From assembly GCA_038230095.1 (NCBI GenBank), contig JBBRNT010000003.1, positions 9,811 to 73,810 of the forward strand: DNA of 64,000 bases, read 5' to 3'. Each line of letters begins with the position of its first letter. Within the stretch, counting starts at the first letter, position 1. Source of the DNA: Candidatus Saccharimonadia bacterium. Lineage in GTDB: Bacteria > Patescibacteriota > Saccharimonadia > UBA4664 > JBBRNT01. The position numbers and the translations under genes were made by a program. The notes under the pieces are model-generated. The model made no database searches and was not told where the DNA came from. It was given only the letters and a program-made list of their open reading frames with translations. Shown here piece by piece: positions 27,237-36,965 of the stretch.

Positions 27237-28359
27237 CCTCCATAAACTTGCCGTAGAGCATGGCCAGCTTTATCTGAACTGCATCCTCAAACACCCGCGG
27301 ATCTAGACCCAGTGCGTCATTGATGCGGTCTAGGCGATAGACTAGGGTGTTGCGGTGAATACCGAGGCGGTTGGCGGTGGCGGTAAGAGCCATATCTAGG
27401 TCGAAGAATGCCTCCAGCGTGACGAGAACCTCGCTATTGGTATCAATCTTGTCGAGAAGATCGCGACTAAAGTAGATATTATCTTGGTCAACGCCAGACA
27501 GTAGGGGAGCAACTACGCCAAAGTCGTCAATATGGTAGATGCTATTGCCGTCCCAGCGCTGGCGACCGAGCTCTATGGCCGAGCTAGCCTCGCGAAAGCT
27601 ATGGGCTAGGCCGCCACGGCCATGGTGGTAGTTGCCAACCCCAATGATGGCGGGTAGCTTCACCTCGGCGTGGACAATGTCGTAGAGAGTGGGGATGGAC
27701 TTCTTGAAGCCGGCCAAACTGTCTTCTAGCTCGCTGCTACCACCTTGTATGTCCTTGAGAATAACAAATTTATTTTCGCCAATGTAGGTCACAATATTGT
27801 CTCGGCTGGTAGTGTAGAACGAGCTTAGCGCCCGCGCAATGCCGGACTTGTAGCGGCTAATGCGAGTGTCTCGGTCGGAAGAGGGAGTTCGCATAATAGT
27901 AGTGAGCACCGGATCGTCTATGGCCACTAGCACAGCTACGCGCGGCCTGGTGAGGTCTAGGTCGTGGATAGCGGCCTCTGTGGATACTGAGGTAGGGTCC
28001 AGGGTGTCGTCTTGCAGTAGGTCGTAGATAAACTTGTCGGTGCGTTCCTCGACGCGGGGCATTTGGTCGATGAGTAGCTGCTGGTGGAGGATGAGCTCGG
28101 CAATTGAGCGGATAAGTGGCTCAAGCTCCTCAGCGCTGCCCAAGGCAGGGCTAGTGACAATGAAGCCGGCTGGCTGGCCGGCGTAGTTGAAGCTAATTGA
28201 AGTGGGCTGCTGAGTAACGACGAGTACTTCCTCGACGCCGATTTGGTTGGTGGCAAGGACAGTGCCCGAGGGGTCGACAACAGAGATAGGTTGTCCTACT
28301 AGTCCTGCCACCTTATGCTGGATCTTTTCGGCGATCTGAAGATTGAGCACCACGGTCAC
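27214..28359 (-). CDS. CdaR/PucR-family transcriptional regulator, paralogue of the downstream gene
   Basis: Same C-terminal HTH (NRLGIHRNTLVYRLDRINDALGLDPRVFEDAVQ); 23-nt overlap with the paralogue. Confidence 0.75.
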   Translation of the reverse strand: MTVVLNLQIAEKIQHKVAGLVGQPISVVDPSGTVLATNQIGVEEVLVVTQQPTSISFNYAGQPAGFIVTSPALGSAEELEPLIRSIAELILHQQLLIDQMPRVEERTDKFIYDLLQDDTLDPTSVSTEAAIHDLDLTRPRVAVLVAIDDPVLTTIMRTPSSDRDTRISRYKSGIARALSSFYTTSRDNIVTYIGENKFVILKDIQGGSSELEDSLAGFKKSIPTLYDIVHAEVKLPAIIGVGNYHHGRGGLAHSFREASSAIELGRQRWDGNSIYHIDDFGVVAPLLSGVDQDNIYFSRDLLDKIDTNSEVLVTLEAFFDLDMALTATANRLGIHRNTLVYRLDRINDALGLDPRVFEDAVQIKLAMLYGKFMEDDYAYRA

Positions 28360-28661
28360 CCCGCATTCAGCCTATCTGAAAATCGCGTCATTGGCTGACT
28401 GCGATACAGATAGGCGTTTTTGTAATTTCGTACAATTATAGTAAGCCTGTAGTTGTAGGAACTGCAAGCTTAAGCGGAATATATTTACTTGATACTAGCA
28501 TAAGAATAATGTAGTTTTTACAACAATTCGGTAATGCTTTTTGAGTAAGTGGTGGTGTGGGAGGTGCCGTCTCAGGCTTATTTGCTCTATATGCTTCGGG
28601 GTGAACGGAGATAGGTTGATCTGAGCAGTGTTTTAGGGTATATTCATGAACGTTCATTCGT

Positions 28662-28738
28662 GGGTCCTTAGCTCAGTTGGCTAGAGCGCTTCCTTGACGT
28701 GGAAGAGGTCAGAGGTTCGACTCCTCTAGGACCCACCA
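28662..28738 (+). tRNA. tRNA-Val (anticodon GAC), CCA encoded
   Basis: gggtcct acceptor, anticodon arm cttcc-ttGACgt-ggaag, T-arm agagg-ttcgact-cctct. Confidence 0.9.
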
Positions 28739-28746
28739 AAGCAAAC

Positions 28747-28768
28747 ACCAGCATTCGCTGGTTTTTTG
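28747..28768 (+). terminator. rho-independent terminator (accagc-attc-gctggt + T6)
   Basis: Immediately after tRNA-Val. Confidence 0.75.
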
Positions 28769-28789
28769 TTTTCAAGCTATAATCTGGGT

Positions 28790-30184
28790 ATGAAACCAGG
28801 AAGCCATCTACACTTTATTGGCATTGCCGGCCATGCCATGCGCGGGATTGCGCTGGCAGCCGTGGACCTGGGCTACAAGGTGACTGGCTCGGATGAGGCT
28901 GGCGGCCCACCCGGGACGGATTGGCTAGACGCCAAGAGTATTACGTGGTGGCGAGAACCCGATACTAAGCGGATGGAGGGCGTTGACGCCGTGATCATCA
29001 GTGGCGGTACTAAGCCAGACTTTGTAGAAATTGCCTGGGCCCAGGAGCGACAGGTACCGGTGCTGTCATTTGCAGAGCTGGTGGGGGCTATGGCGGCCGA
29101 GAAGCGACGGATTGTGGTGGCAGGTACACATGGAAAGACGACTACTAGCTCACTTATTACGTGGCTGCTGGAGTCGGCGGGGCGCCACCCAGACTTTCTG
29201 ATAGGCATTCAACCACGCAATTTCGACTCGAGCTCACGCTTGACGACAGATAGCGATGTCATAGTGTTTGAGGGCGATGAGTACACTGCTAGCCAGATAG
29301 ACCCCCAGCCCAAGTTCAACTACTATAAGCCGGATAATCTGGTGGTAACGGCGCTTGAAATGGACCATCCGGATGTGTTTAAGAACGTGGAAGAGATTGC
29401 CGAGCACTTTACTAAGCTAGTAGCAGGAGTGCCGGCCGATGGCCAGGTGAGTTACTGGGTAGGGGCTGAGCGGCTAGCGGCATTGATGAGCGAGGCCAGG
29501 CCCGACGCGCTGAGTTATGATCTGGATAATGCCCACTGGACAGCCTCGGATATTGCATACATGCCAGCTGGCCTTGAGTTTACCGTAAACTATGAGGACA
29601 ATGAGTTGGGCCGCGTGCGGGTGGGGCTGTATGGCGAGCATAATGTCTTGAACACCCTAGGCGCCGTGTCGGCGGTCATGGCGGAAGCCGTACCGTTTGA
29701 GGAGATAGCCGATGGTATGCAGAGCTTTCTGGGTGCCAGCCGTCGTTTTGAGCGCGTAAGTGCGGACGGCGCTGCGGTAACGATCATAGACGACTACGCG
29801 CACCATCCTACTGAGGTTGCGGCGACGATAGCCGCTGCCAAACGGCACTTCCCCGACGGCAAGGTGATAGCGTTGTTCCGGCCTCACACGTATTCCCGCA
29901 CGGCCCAGTTGCTTGCCGAGTACCACGAGGCCTTTGCCCTGGCCGATGTGACCTTTGTGACAGATATTGAAGCCGCACGTGAAGGCGGACAGGAGGAACA
30001 GTACCACGTATCTGGAGAGGACGTGGTGACAGGTGCCAAAGGCGATGTGCGGTATGCTCCAGACCGCTCAAAAATTGTTGACTTAATTACAACAGAAGCC
30101 AAGCCGGGCGATCTGGTGTTGTCCATGACAGTGGGTAGCTACGAGAACATAGTGAAGGAGCTAAATACGCGGCTCAATGGCTAG
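28790..30184 (+). CDS. mpl: Mur ligase of the MurC/Mpl type (closest to UDP-MurNAc:tripeptide ligase Mpl)
   Basis: HFIGIAG..GSD N-terminus, AGTHGKTTT P-loop, EGDEY and KF.YY.P..L....LEMDHPDVF matching the Mpl pattern; leaderless ATG 7 nt after a TATAAT (28778-28783). Confidence 0.75.
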   Translation: MKPGSHLHFIGIAGHAMRGIALAAVDLGYKVTGSDEAGGPPGTDWLDAKSITWWREPDTKRMEGVDAVIISGGTKPDFVEIAWAQERQVPVLSFAELVGAMAAEKRRIVVAGTHGKTTTSSLITWLLESAGRHPDFLIGIQPRNFDSSSRLTTDSDVIVFEGDEYTASQIDPQPKFNYYKPDNLVVTALEMDHPDVFKNVEEIAEHFTKLVAGVPADGQVSYWVGAERLAALMSEARPDALSYDLDNAHWTASDIAYMPAGLEFTVNYEDNELGRVRVGLYGEHNVLNTLGAVSAVMAEAVPFEEIADGMQSFLGASRRFERVSADGAAVTIIDDYAHHPTEVAATIAAAKRHFPDGKVIALFRPHTYSRTAQLLAEYHEAFALADVTFVTDIEAAREGGQEEQYHVSGEDVVTGAKGDVRYAPDRSKIVDLITTEAKPGDLVLSMTVGSYENIVKELNTRLNG

Positions 30185-30230
30185 CCAGAGCCTAGATCTG
30201 TTATAATCGGTCGGTCCTTGTGCGCAATAT

Positions 30231-30307
30231 GGGTAATTAGCTCAGCTGGTTAGAGCGCTTGATTCACATTCAAGAGGTCACAGGTTCGAATCCTGTATTA
30301 CCCACCA
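30231..30307 (+). tRNA. tRNA-Val (anticodon CAC), CCA encoded
   Basis: gggtaat acceptor, anticodon arm cttga-ttCACat-tcaag, T-arm cacag-gttcgaat-cctgt. Confidence 0.9.
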
Positions 30308-30320
30308 GGATTTATTTGAA

Positions 30321-30346
30321 ATACCGCCGCAGGGCGGTTTCTTGTT
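30321..30346 (+). terminator. rho-independent terminator (ccgcc-gcag-ggcgg + TTTCTTG)
   Basis: After tRNA-Val(CAC). Confidence 0.6.
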
Positions 30347-30429
30347 GCCTAGCACAAGTAGTTGATTGACGAATGTGGCTGGATCATTAATACTGTCTGC
30401 GACAGTTCTACCGACGCCGAGGAGGCAAT

Positions 30430-30889
30430 TATGACTGTAGTAATTGAAGGAATCGATGCGGCTTATGCGCGGAACCGCAATCGGCCGAGGCTTCACTGGC
30501 GAGCAAAACAAACGAAAGGCAGGCTGTCCCACGTCCTCGATGGCATAGGACAGCAACAGTATGGCGGACGGGTGGATAGCCTGTTTGCAGGCTCGCTGAT
30601 CTGGCTGATCGAGGTGCTCGAGCCGCTGGTGAAACTGCCTCGCGATGTAGTGGGACGAGCCATGGTCTGGGACGGCCTTCTGACTGATGGCGAGGAGTCC
30701 TACTGGCTGGTCCTGAGCTGGGCTACCCCATGGGACACTTGGCGTGACACAGAGCTAGCCATCCGGCGCCAGCACAAGACAGTGAAAGATCTGGCCGAGG
30801 GTGGTACGGTGAGCCTTCGACGATTGTCGGCACTGGCCCAGTTCCTAGCCCCATACGCAGAGTTTCTCGATCGTCTAGCGGAGTTCTGA
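30430..30889 (+). CDS. hypothetical protein (153 aa)
   Basis: ATG with gaggagg RBS; maximal ORF from TTG 30362; ATGA overlap with the MOSC gene. Confidence 0.45.
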
Positions 30890-31470
30890 TGGACGACGAA
30901 GTAGCTATGCCGAGGCGGCTGACGGGGACGGTGACAGGCTGTTGGATTGTAGAGGGCGAGGGCGTAGAGTCAACGCATCGCGAAATGCTCACACTCAACC
31001 TGAAAGGCATTGTCTGCGACCGCCACTCGGGGTTTACCAGGTACTCCGGCGCCCGCGAGGCGCCGTTCTACCCCATTGGCACCCAGATACGCAACGACCG
31101 GCAGGTCTCGCTGGTATCAGCCGAAGAAATGGCCGAGATCCAAGCTGCACTCGGTGTGGGCGAGATACTGCCCGGGTGGTTGGGAGCCAATATTCTGATC
31201 GCGGGTATTCCAGGCTTCACCGCACTACCAGCAACTGCTCGCTTGCAGTTCTCGCGCGGCACTGTCCTAGTGGTGCACCACGAAAACTACCCCTGCGGTG
31301 CCCCCGGTAGAGTCATTGGAGAGCAGCGGCCGTTTTTGATTGATCCGCGGTCCAGTTTCAAGCGTGCAGCGGCCGGCCGGCGAGGTCTGGTGGGCTGGGT
31401 GGAGCGAGCAGGGCAGATCTGGCTAGGTGATACGGTCGAGGTGTATGAGCTGGATGAGATAATCAAGTAG
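30889..31470 (+). CDS. MOSC-domain protein
   Basis: MOSC beta-barrel features (LNLKGIVCDRH...conserved Cys in ENYPCGAPG). Confidence 0.65.
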   Translation: MDDEVAMPRRLTGTVTGCWIVEGEGVESTHREMLTLNLKGIVCDRHSGFTRYSGAREAPFYPIGTQIRNDRQVSLVSAEEMAEIQAALGVGEILPGWLGANILIAGIPGFTALPATARLQFSRGTVLVVHHENYPCGAPGRVIGEQRPFLIDPRSSFKRAAAGRRGLVGWVERAGQIWLGDTVEVYELDEIIK

Positions 31471-31475
31471 CAAAC

Positions 31476-31503
31476 GGGCCGGAGCGTAAGCTCCGGCCCT
31501 TGA
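31476..31503 (+). terminator. hairpin terminator (gggccggag-cgtaa-gctccggccc)
   Basis: 9-bp G/C stem, short T-tract. Confidence 0.5.
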
Positions 31504-31691
31504 ATTTCTGGCTATCTGGTGCTACATTTGGCCTAGGTTAATAAAGCGTTGAGTGGCCTACCAACCCACGAGCTTCGTCCGCCAGTAACGCATATTGGCA
31601 AAGAGTGGCCGCAATGGCAATCCAAGTGGAACCGTCCGAAAGGACCTTGGAGTAACCAGGCGGTTTTTGTTATACCGCCGAAGGAGATACT

Positions 31692-33557
31692 ATGGCACAG
31701 AAAAGTAAGCAGGCTCATACGGTAGACACCGATCAGCTCTATGCAATGCGGCACTCGCTGGCGCATATTATGGCGACGGCTATTCAGAAGCTGCACCCAG
31801 ACGCCAAGTTTGGTGTGGGCCCGGTAGTGGATAATGGCTTCTACTATGACGTAGACGTAGCACAGCCTATTACCGAAGAAGAGTTGAAGGCGATTGAGAA
31901 GAAGATGGCCGAAGTTATTAAGGCCAACTACCCATTTGAGCGGCGCGAGCTGGGGCTGGATGAAGCTATCGCTAAGGTAACGGCCGAAAAACAGGATTAT
32001 AAGATTGAGCTGCTCAATGATTTGAAAGTCCATGGTACAACGAGCGCTAAGGATATTGCTGGTGACACCCTAGAAGTGACCAGAAATGATGTAGATGTAA
32101 CAACGGTATCGTTCTACAAGGATGGTCCGTTTGAAGACCTTTGTCGCGGCCCACACCTGGAATCCACAGGTAAGGTCGGTGCATTTAAGCTTATGCGCGT
32201 ATCTGGCGCCTACTGGCGCGGTGATCAATCCAAGGCCCAAATGCAGCGGGTATACGGTGTAGCATTTGCGACTCGTGATGAGCTAAAGGCTCACCTCACC
32301 ATGCTGGAAGAGGCTGAACGGCGCGACCACCGCAAGCTTGGCCAGGAACTGGATCTATTTGTCTTCAGCGATCTAGTAGGCCAGGGCCTCCCACTATGGA
32401 CGCCACGCGGCACCATCCTGCGTCGCCAACTGGACAACTTTGTCCAGGAGATGCGTGACGAGTACGGCTTCCAGGAAGTGGCAATTCCGCACATTACCAA
32501 GAAAGAACTCTACGAGAAGAGCGGACACTGGGGTAAGTTTAAGGACGATCTGTTCCGCATCAATACCCGCGAGGGCCATGAGTTTGCCATGAAGCCCATG
32601 AACTGTCCGCATCATACCCAGATCTACGCTTCTCGCCCGCGTAGCTACCGTGACTTGCCTATCCGCTACCGTGAGACGACTATGGTCTACCGTGATGAGC
32701 AGAGTGGCGAGCTCGGCGGACTGTCACGCGTGCGTTCTATCACCCAGGATGACGCGCACGTGTTCTGCCGCCAGCAACAGATTCAGGTTGAAGTGCTCAA
32801 GCTATGGGACATAGTGGAGCGGTTCTACGGTGCGTTTGATCTGAAGCTGCGGCTGCGTGTTTCTACCCACGACCCCGAGAAAATGGAGGCGTATACAGGC
32901 TCGGCAGCAGCTTGGGAAAGCTCCGTTGCACAGCTAGAGGCCATAGCCCAGGGGAAGTTGGGTGACGACTACGAGATTGGTGTTGGCGAGGCAGCGTTCT
33001 ATGGTCCCAAACTAGACTTCATGGCGAAGGACGCAATTGCTCGGGAGCATCAGGTAGCTACGATCCAGCTCGACTTCAACCAGCCTGAGGGCTTTGATCT
33101 GACCTGTACCAATGAGCAGGGTGAGGGCGAGCGGATTGTGATGATCCATTGCGCAATTATGGGCAGTATTGAGCGATTTCTTTCGGTTCTTATTGAACAC
33201 ACGGCTGGCCGGTTCCCAGTCTGGCTGGCGCCGGAACAGATCCGGGTAACCACCGTGAACGACACAGACGAGCTTAGCGACTTTGCCGGGGAAGTAGTAG
33301 CCGACATGAAGCTACTGGGGCTCAGGGCACACCTCGACAACTCCAGCGATAGCGTGGGTAAGAAGATTCGCTCGGCTGAACTGGCCAAGGTGCCCTATAC
33401 CATTGTAATTGGCGAGAAGGAAGTGCGGACGCGCGAGGTAACACCACGTATTCGTAAGGATCTGAGCGTGAAAGAACCGGTGGCTATGGATGTAGACCTG
33501 TTCAGTAAGAGCGTGGCTAATGAAGCCAAGAGCCGCACTATGCGGTCATCGCTCTAG
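31692..33557 (+). CDS. thrS: threonine--tRNA ligase lacking the N-terminal TGS domain
   Basis: RHSLAHIMATAIQKL...GVGPVVDNGFYYDVD editing-domain signature, class II motifs, C-terminal anticodon-binding domain; begins directly at the N2 domain. Confidence 0.92.
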   Translation: MAQKSKQAHTVDTDQLYAMRHSLAHIMATAIQKLHPDAKFGVGPVVDNGFYYDVDVAQPITEEELKAIEKKMAEVIKANYPFERRELGLDEAIAKVTAEKQDYKIELLNDLKVHGTTSAKDIAGDTLEVTRNDVDVTTVSFYKDGPFEDLCRGPHLESTGKVGAFKLMRVSGAYWRGDQSKAQMQRVYGVAFATRDELKAHLTMLEEAERRDHRKLGQELDLFVFSDLVGQGLPLWTPRGTILRRQLDNFVQEMRDEYGFQEVAIPHITKKELYEKSGHWGKFKDDLFRINTREGHEFAMKPMNCPHHTQIYASRPRSYRDLPIRYRETTMVYRDEQSGELGGLSRVRSITQDDAHVFCRQQQIQVEVLKLWDIVERFYGAFDLKLRLRVSTHDPEKMEAYTGSAAAWESSVAQLEAIAQGKLGDDYEIGVGEAAFYGPKLDFMAKDAIAREHQVATIQLDFNQPEGFDLTCTNEQGEGERIVMIHCAIMGSIERFLSVLIEHTAGRFPVWLAPEQIRVTTVNDTDELSDFAGEVVADMKLLGLRAHLDNSSDSVGKKIRSAELAKVPYTIVIGEKEVRTREVTPRIRKDLSVKEPVAMDVDLFSKSVANEAKSRTMRSSL

Positions 33558-33560
33558 GCG

Positions 33561-33932
33561 ATGGAGCAGCTGCCGCCAATGTTTGCCGACCGGGTCTACG
33601 CGCTGGTAGCGCGGATCCCACGGGGGCGCGTCATGACCTATGGGCAGATTGCAGCACTGTGCGGGAGCCCACGAGCAGCCAGGCAGGTGGGCCAGGTGGC
33701 GCACTGGGGGCCGATGGATCTGCCCTGGCAGCGTGTGGTAAATAAGCAGGGGGGACTGGCTGGTGGCTACACTACAGGTGGGCGGGCGGCGCACAAAGCA
33801 GACCTGGAGGCCGATGGGGTGGCCGTGAGTGACGACTACAGTGTAGATATAGCGCGGCTTACCTGGTGGCCGCAGGACTTGACGCCCGAGCACCAGCCCC
33901 TACCGCTGCCCAAACAAGATAATCTTTTGTAA
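33561..33932 (+). CDS. alkyltransferase-like (ATL) protein: MGMT DNA-binding domain with Trp in place of the active-site Cys (PWQRV)
   Basis: YGQIAALCGSPRAARQVG helix-turn-helix + PWQRVVN instead of PCHRV. Confidence 0.75.
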   Translation: MEQLPPMFADRVYALVARIPRGRVMTYGQIAALCGSPRAARQVGQVAHWGPMDLPWQRVVNKQGGLAGGYTTGGRAAHKADLEADGVAVSDDYSVDIARLTWWPQDLTPEHQPLPLPKQDNLL

Positions 33933-34858
33933 TGAACATGATGGTAAATACTACGGAACCCAAGCTGGTTATTATTCTCGGCCCCACGGCATCGGGCAAA
34001 TCTGATCTTGGCATGGAACTGGCCAGACGGTTTAATGGCGAGATAATAGCGGCCGATTCACGGACGGTATACCGTGGGATGGACATTGGCACTGCTAAGC
34101 CTAGCCTCGGTGATCAGACTGAAATACAGCACTGGGGTCTAGACTTGGTTGAGCCGAATGAGCCGTTTAATGCTGCACAGTTTAAGGCCTATGCTAATGC
34201 TGCGGTTGCTAATATTGCCGGCCGAGGGAAACTGCCAATAATGGTAGGTGGGACTGGCTTGTACATAGATGCTGTACTTTATGACTATCGGTTTCCGACT
34301 GGCGACGACATTGCAAAACGCAGCGAATATGCGGCGATGGGCGTGGGGAAATTGCTTGAATTGCTGCAAATAAATAATCCCGATAAATACGCTGTAATTG
34401 ACCATGCGAATAAACGACGAATTATTCGGGCCTTAGAAAATAATCAGAATAATGAAAACAAATCGGGCAGTCCCAGACCGCAGACACTGGTGCTGGGGCT
34501 GGAATTGAACAAAGAAATTATTCAATCTAGGATTGAGCTAAGAGCCAAAAAAATGCTTAGCAAAGGCATAATCGAGGAAGTACGCAGGACTGGCGAAACA
34601 TTTGGATGGGACTCTGAGGCCATGTCTGGAATTATTTATCGAGTATTTAAAATGATTGCCCAGACGGGTGAAAATAATCCTGAAATAATCGAAGCTGCAC
34701 TGGCGGAGTTTATAGCCAGCGACAAAAAATTGGTGAAAAAACAGTTGACATGGTTTCGGCGAAGCCCACACATAACGTGGCTAAACGCAGCCGATCCGGC
34801 CGTGCTGGTTGCCCAGGCGGACGGGCTAGTTCGGACATTTGTAGCCACTGACTTATAA
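33932..34858 (+). CDS. miaA: tRNA dimethylallyltransferase
   Basis: P-loop GPTASGKS, conserved AADSRTVYRGMDIGTAKP and VGGTGLY motifs; TAATG overlap. Confidence 0.9.
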   Translation: MNMMVNTTEPKLVIILGPTASGKSDLGMELARRFNGEIIAADSRTVYRGMDIGTAKPSLGDQTEIQHWGLDLVEPNEPFNAAQFKAYANAAVANIAGRGKLPIMVGGTGLYIDAVLYDYRFPTGDDIAKRSEYAAMGVGKLLELLQINNPDKYAVIDHANKRRIIRALENNQNNENKSGSPRPQTLVLGLELNKEIIQSRIELRAKKMLSKGIIEEVRRTGETFGWDSEAMSGIIYRVFKMIAQTGENNPEIIEAALAEFIASDKKLVKKQLTWFRRSPHITWLNAADPAVLVAQADGLVRTFVATDL

Positions 34859-34865
34859 TAGAGCT

Positions 34866-36242
34866 ATGAAAAAGCGACTGACAATTGCAGCGGCAAAAAG
34901 CGCTCGAATGGCAACGCGGCTGCTGGGCCGTGGTACTGGCTCGGCCTTGCCGGGGTACGTGGCCGAACGGCTCGATGGACATATTCTAGCCAAGCTTGGT
35001 CGTGAGCTACCGCAGGGTAGTGTGCTTGTCACTGGCACCAACGGTAAAACTACCACAACCAAGCTGCTACGGGAGATGGTCGATACGCTAGGCATCCGTG
35101 TAATTAATAACCGAGCTGGATCCAACCTGTACCGGGGCATTGTGTCCACTCTGATTGCGGCAACAGATTGGCGCGCTCGGGTGCGGGGCGATATAGGTAT
35201 TTTCGAAGTGGACGAGGCAGCTATGGTGGAGGTAGCGCCGGCGCTACAGCCAAAGCTGATCGTAGTGCTCAACCTGTTCCGGGACCAACTGGACCGGTAC
35301 GGGGAACTAGATACTACGGCTAAGCTCATTGGTAAAGCCATAGCGAGCACGCAGGCAGAAGTGTGGCTGAACGCGGACGATCCGCTCGTGGCTAGCCTGG
35401 CCAGCTATTGCAGCGACCCAGCGCGAGTGCACTACTTTGGAGTTGAGGCGGCCTACCGATCTAAACTGGCTCACGACTACACGGCCGACTCTATCCATGA
35501 TCCGGCCAGTGGTGAGCTTCTAGAATACTCTCAGGTATTCTATGGCCACCTGGGTCACTACTCCAGCAAGGCTACCAAGCGGCCGACGCCGGCAGTAGCA
35601 CTGACGCAGTACACGCCACATGATCTAGCCAGTACGCTCAAGCTTAGGTTAGCTGGAGGGGAAGGGCTGGAGGTAAGCCTGGCATTGCCAGGACTCTATA
35701 ATGCCTATAACGCCCTAGCAGCAGTAGCATTGAGCCAAGTACTTGGGGTGAATTCGGCCCGGATGTCGCAGGTGCTATCTGTAACTAACCCAGCATTTGG
35801 CAGGGTTGAGAAGCTACATCTGGCTGGCCGAGAAGTACGGCTGCTGCTTATTAAGAATCCTACAGGCTTTAACCAAATAATCGAGACATTCCTGTTGCAA
35901 AAAATACAACAAAAAGTATTGATTATCATCAATGATAACTTTGCGGATGGGCGTGACGTGTCTTGGCTCTGGGACGTGGCCATAGAGGATCTAGCCAGCT
36001 TAAACCACGAGATATATCTGTCGGGTGTTCGCCGATACGATATGGCCCTGCGTCTGAAGTATGCGAATATGCCAGTGGCCGGCATAGATGCGACGCCGGC
36101 CGACGTATTGCAGCGCTTGGTGCACCAAGAAACCAAGCCTGGTGAGGTTATCTATGTACTGCCTACCTATACTGCGTTGCTGGAGCTGCGGAGTGGTCTT
36201 GAAAAAATGGGTAAGCTGGCGCCGCCGGGGGAGGACGTATGA
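34866..36242 (+). CDS. murT: lipid II isoglutaminyl synthase, Mur-ligase-like subunit MurT
   Basis: Mur-ligase central domain (VTGTNGKTTT) + C-terminal DUF1727-like domain; translationally coupled (ATGA) to a GatD-type amidotransferase. Confidence 0.8.
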   Translation: MKKRLTIAAAKSARMATRLLGRGTGSALPGYVAERLDGHILAKLGRELPQGSVLVTGTNGKTTTTKLLREMVDTLGIRVINNRAGSNLYRGIVSTLIAATDWRARVRGDIGIFEVDEAAMVEVAPALQPKLIVVLNLFRDQLDRYGELDTTAKLIGKAIASTQAEVWLNADDPLVASLASYCSDPARVHYFGVEAAYRSKLAHDYTADSIHDPASGELLEYSQVFYGHLGHYSSKATKRPTPAVALTQYTPHDLASTLKLRLAGGEGLEVSLALPGLYNAYNALAAVALSQVLGVNSARMSQVLSVTNPAFGRVEKLHLAGREVRLLLIKNPTGFNQIIETFLLQKIQQKVLIIINDNFADGRDVSWLWDVAIEDLASLNHEIYLSGVRRYDMALRLKYANMPVAGIDATPADVLQRLVHQETKPGEVIYVLPTYTALLELRSGLEKMGKLAPPGEDV

Positions 36243-36955
36243 AGCAATCATTAACTATTCTGTATTTGTACCCCACAGAGATGAACATATATGGGGACCG
36301 AGGAAACGTTCTGGCCCTGCAGCGCCGGCTGGAGTGGCGGGGTATTGAGGCACGGGTAATAGAAGCCGGAGTCGGTGAGACCGTAGACTGGACCGAAGTA
36401 GACCTGGTGTTTGCCGGTGGCGGGCAGGACCGCGGACAGATAGCAGTGGGCCTGGACCTCGGTAAGCGATCCCCGCAAATCCACGATGCCGTACGCCGGG
36501 GCGTGGTCTTCCTGACCATCTGTGGAACATACCAGCTATTTACGCGTGGGTTCCGTACGGCGACTGGTGAGCATATTCCGGGTATTGGAGTATTTGATGC
36601 TGAGACTGTGGCCGGACCGAAGCGCCTGATTGGTAACACTACGGTGGAGTCACCATGGGGTGAGCTAGTGGGCTTTGAAAACCACAGTGGGCTGACCTAC
36701 CTGGACCGAGGCAAAGATAGCCTGGGTTACACCAAGGTAGGTGGTAATAATGGCAGTACCGGGGACGAAGGTGCTATTGCCCATAACTGTTTTGGCACGT
36801 ACCTACATGGACCTGTTTTACCCAAGAACCCCGAACTGGCGGACCACCTACTCAGCCTAGCTCTGGAGCGTAAATATCCCGGTAGTTTACTTGGCAAGCT
36901 AGACGATGCGCTAGAAGACCTGGCTCATCAGATTGCCAGTAAGCGGCCGCGCTAG
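36239..36955 (+). CDS. gatD: lipid II isoglutaminyl synthase, glutamine amidotransferase subunit GatD
   Basis: CobB/CobQ-type GATase (catalytic Cys in ICGTYQLF, His in YLHGP), 238 aa. Confidence 0.8.
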   Translation: MKQSLTILYLYPTEMNIYGDRGNVLALQRRLEWRGIEARVIEAGVGETVDWTEVDLVFAGGGQDRGQIAVGLDLGKRSPQIHDAVRRGVVFLTICGTYQLFTRGFRTATGEHIPGIGVFDAETVAGPKRLIGNTTVESPWGELVGFENHSGLTYLDRGKDSLGYTKVGGNNGSTGDEGAIAHNCFGTYLHGPVLPKNPELADHLLSLALERKYPGSLLGKLDDALEDLAHQIASKRPR

Positions 36956-36965
36956 ACCTGAGTAA

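Noticed and set aside
31503-31691. Canonical T-box riboswitch upstream of thrS
   Set aside because: Only a partial T-box sequence match, and no clear specifier loop/antiterminator pairing could be built by eye. Kept as a low-interest finding instead.
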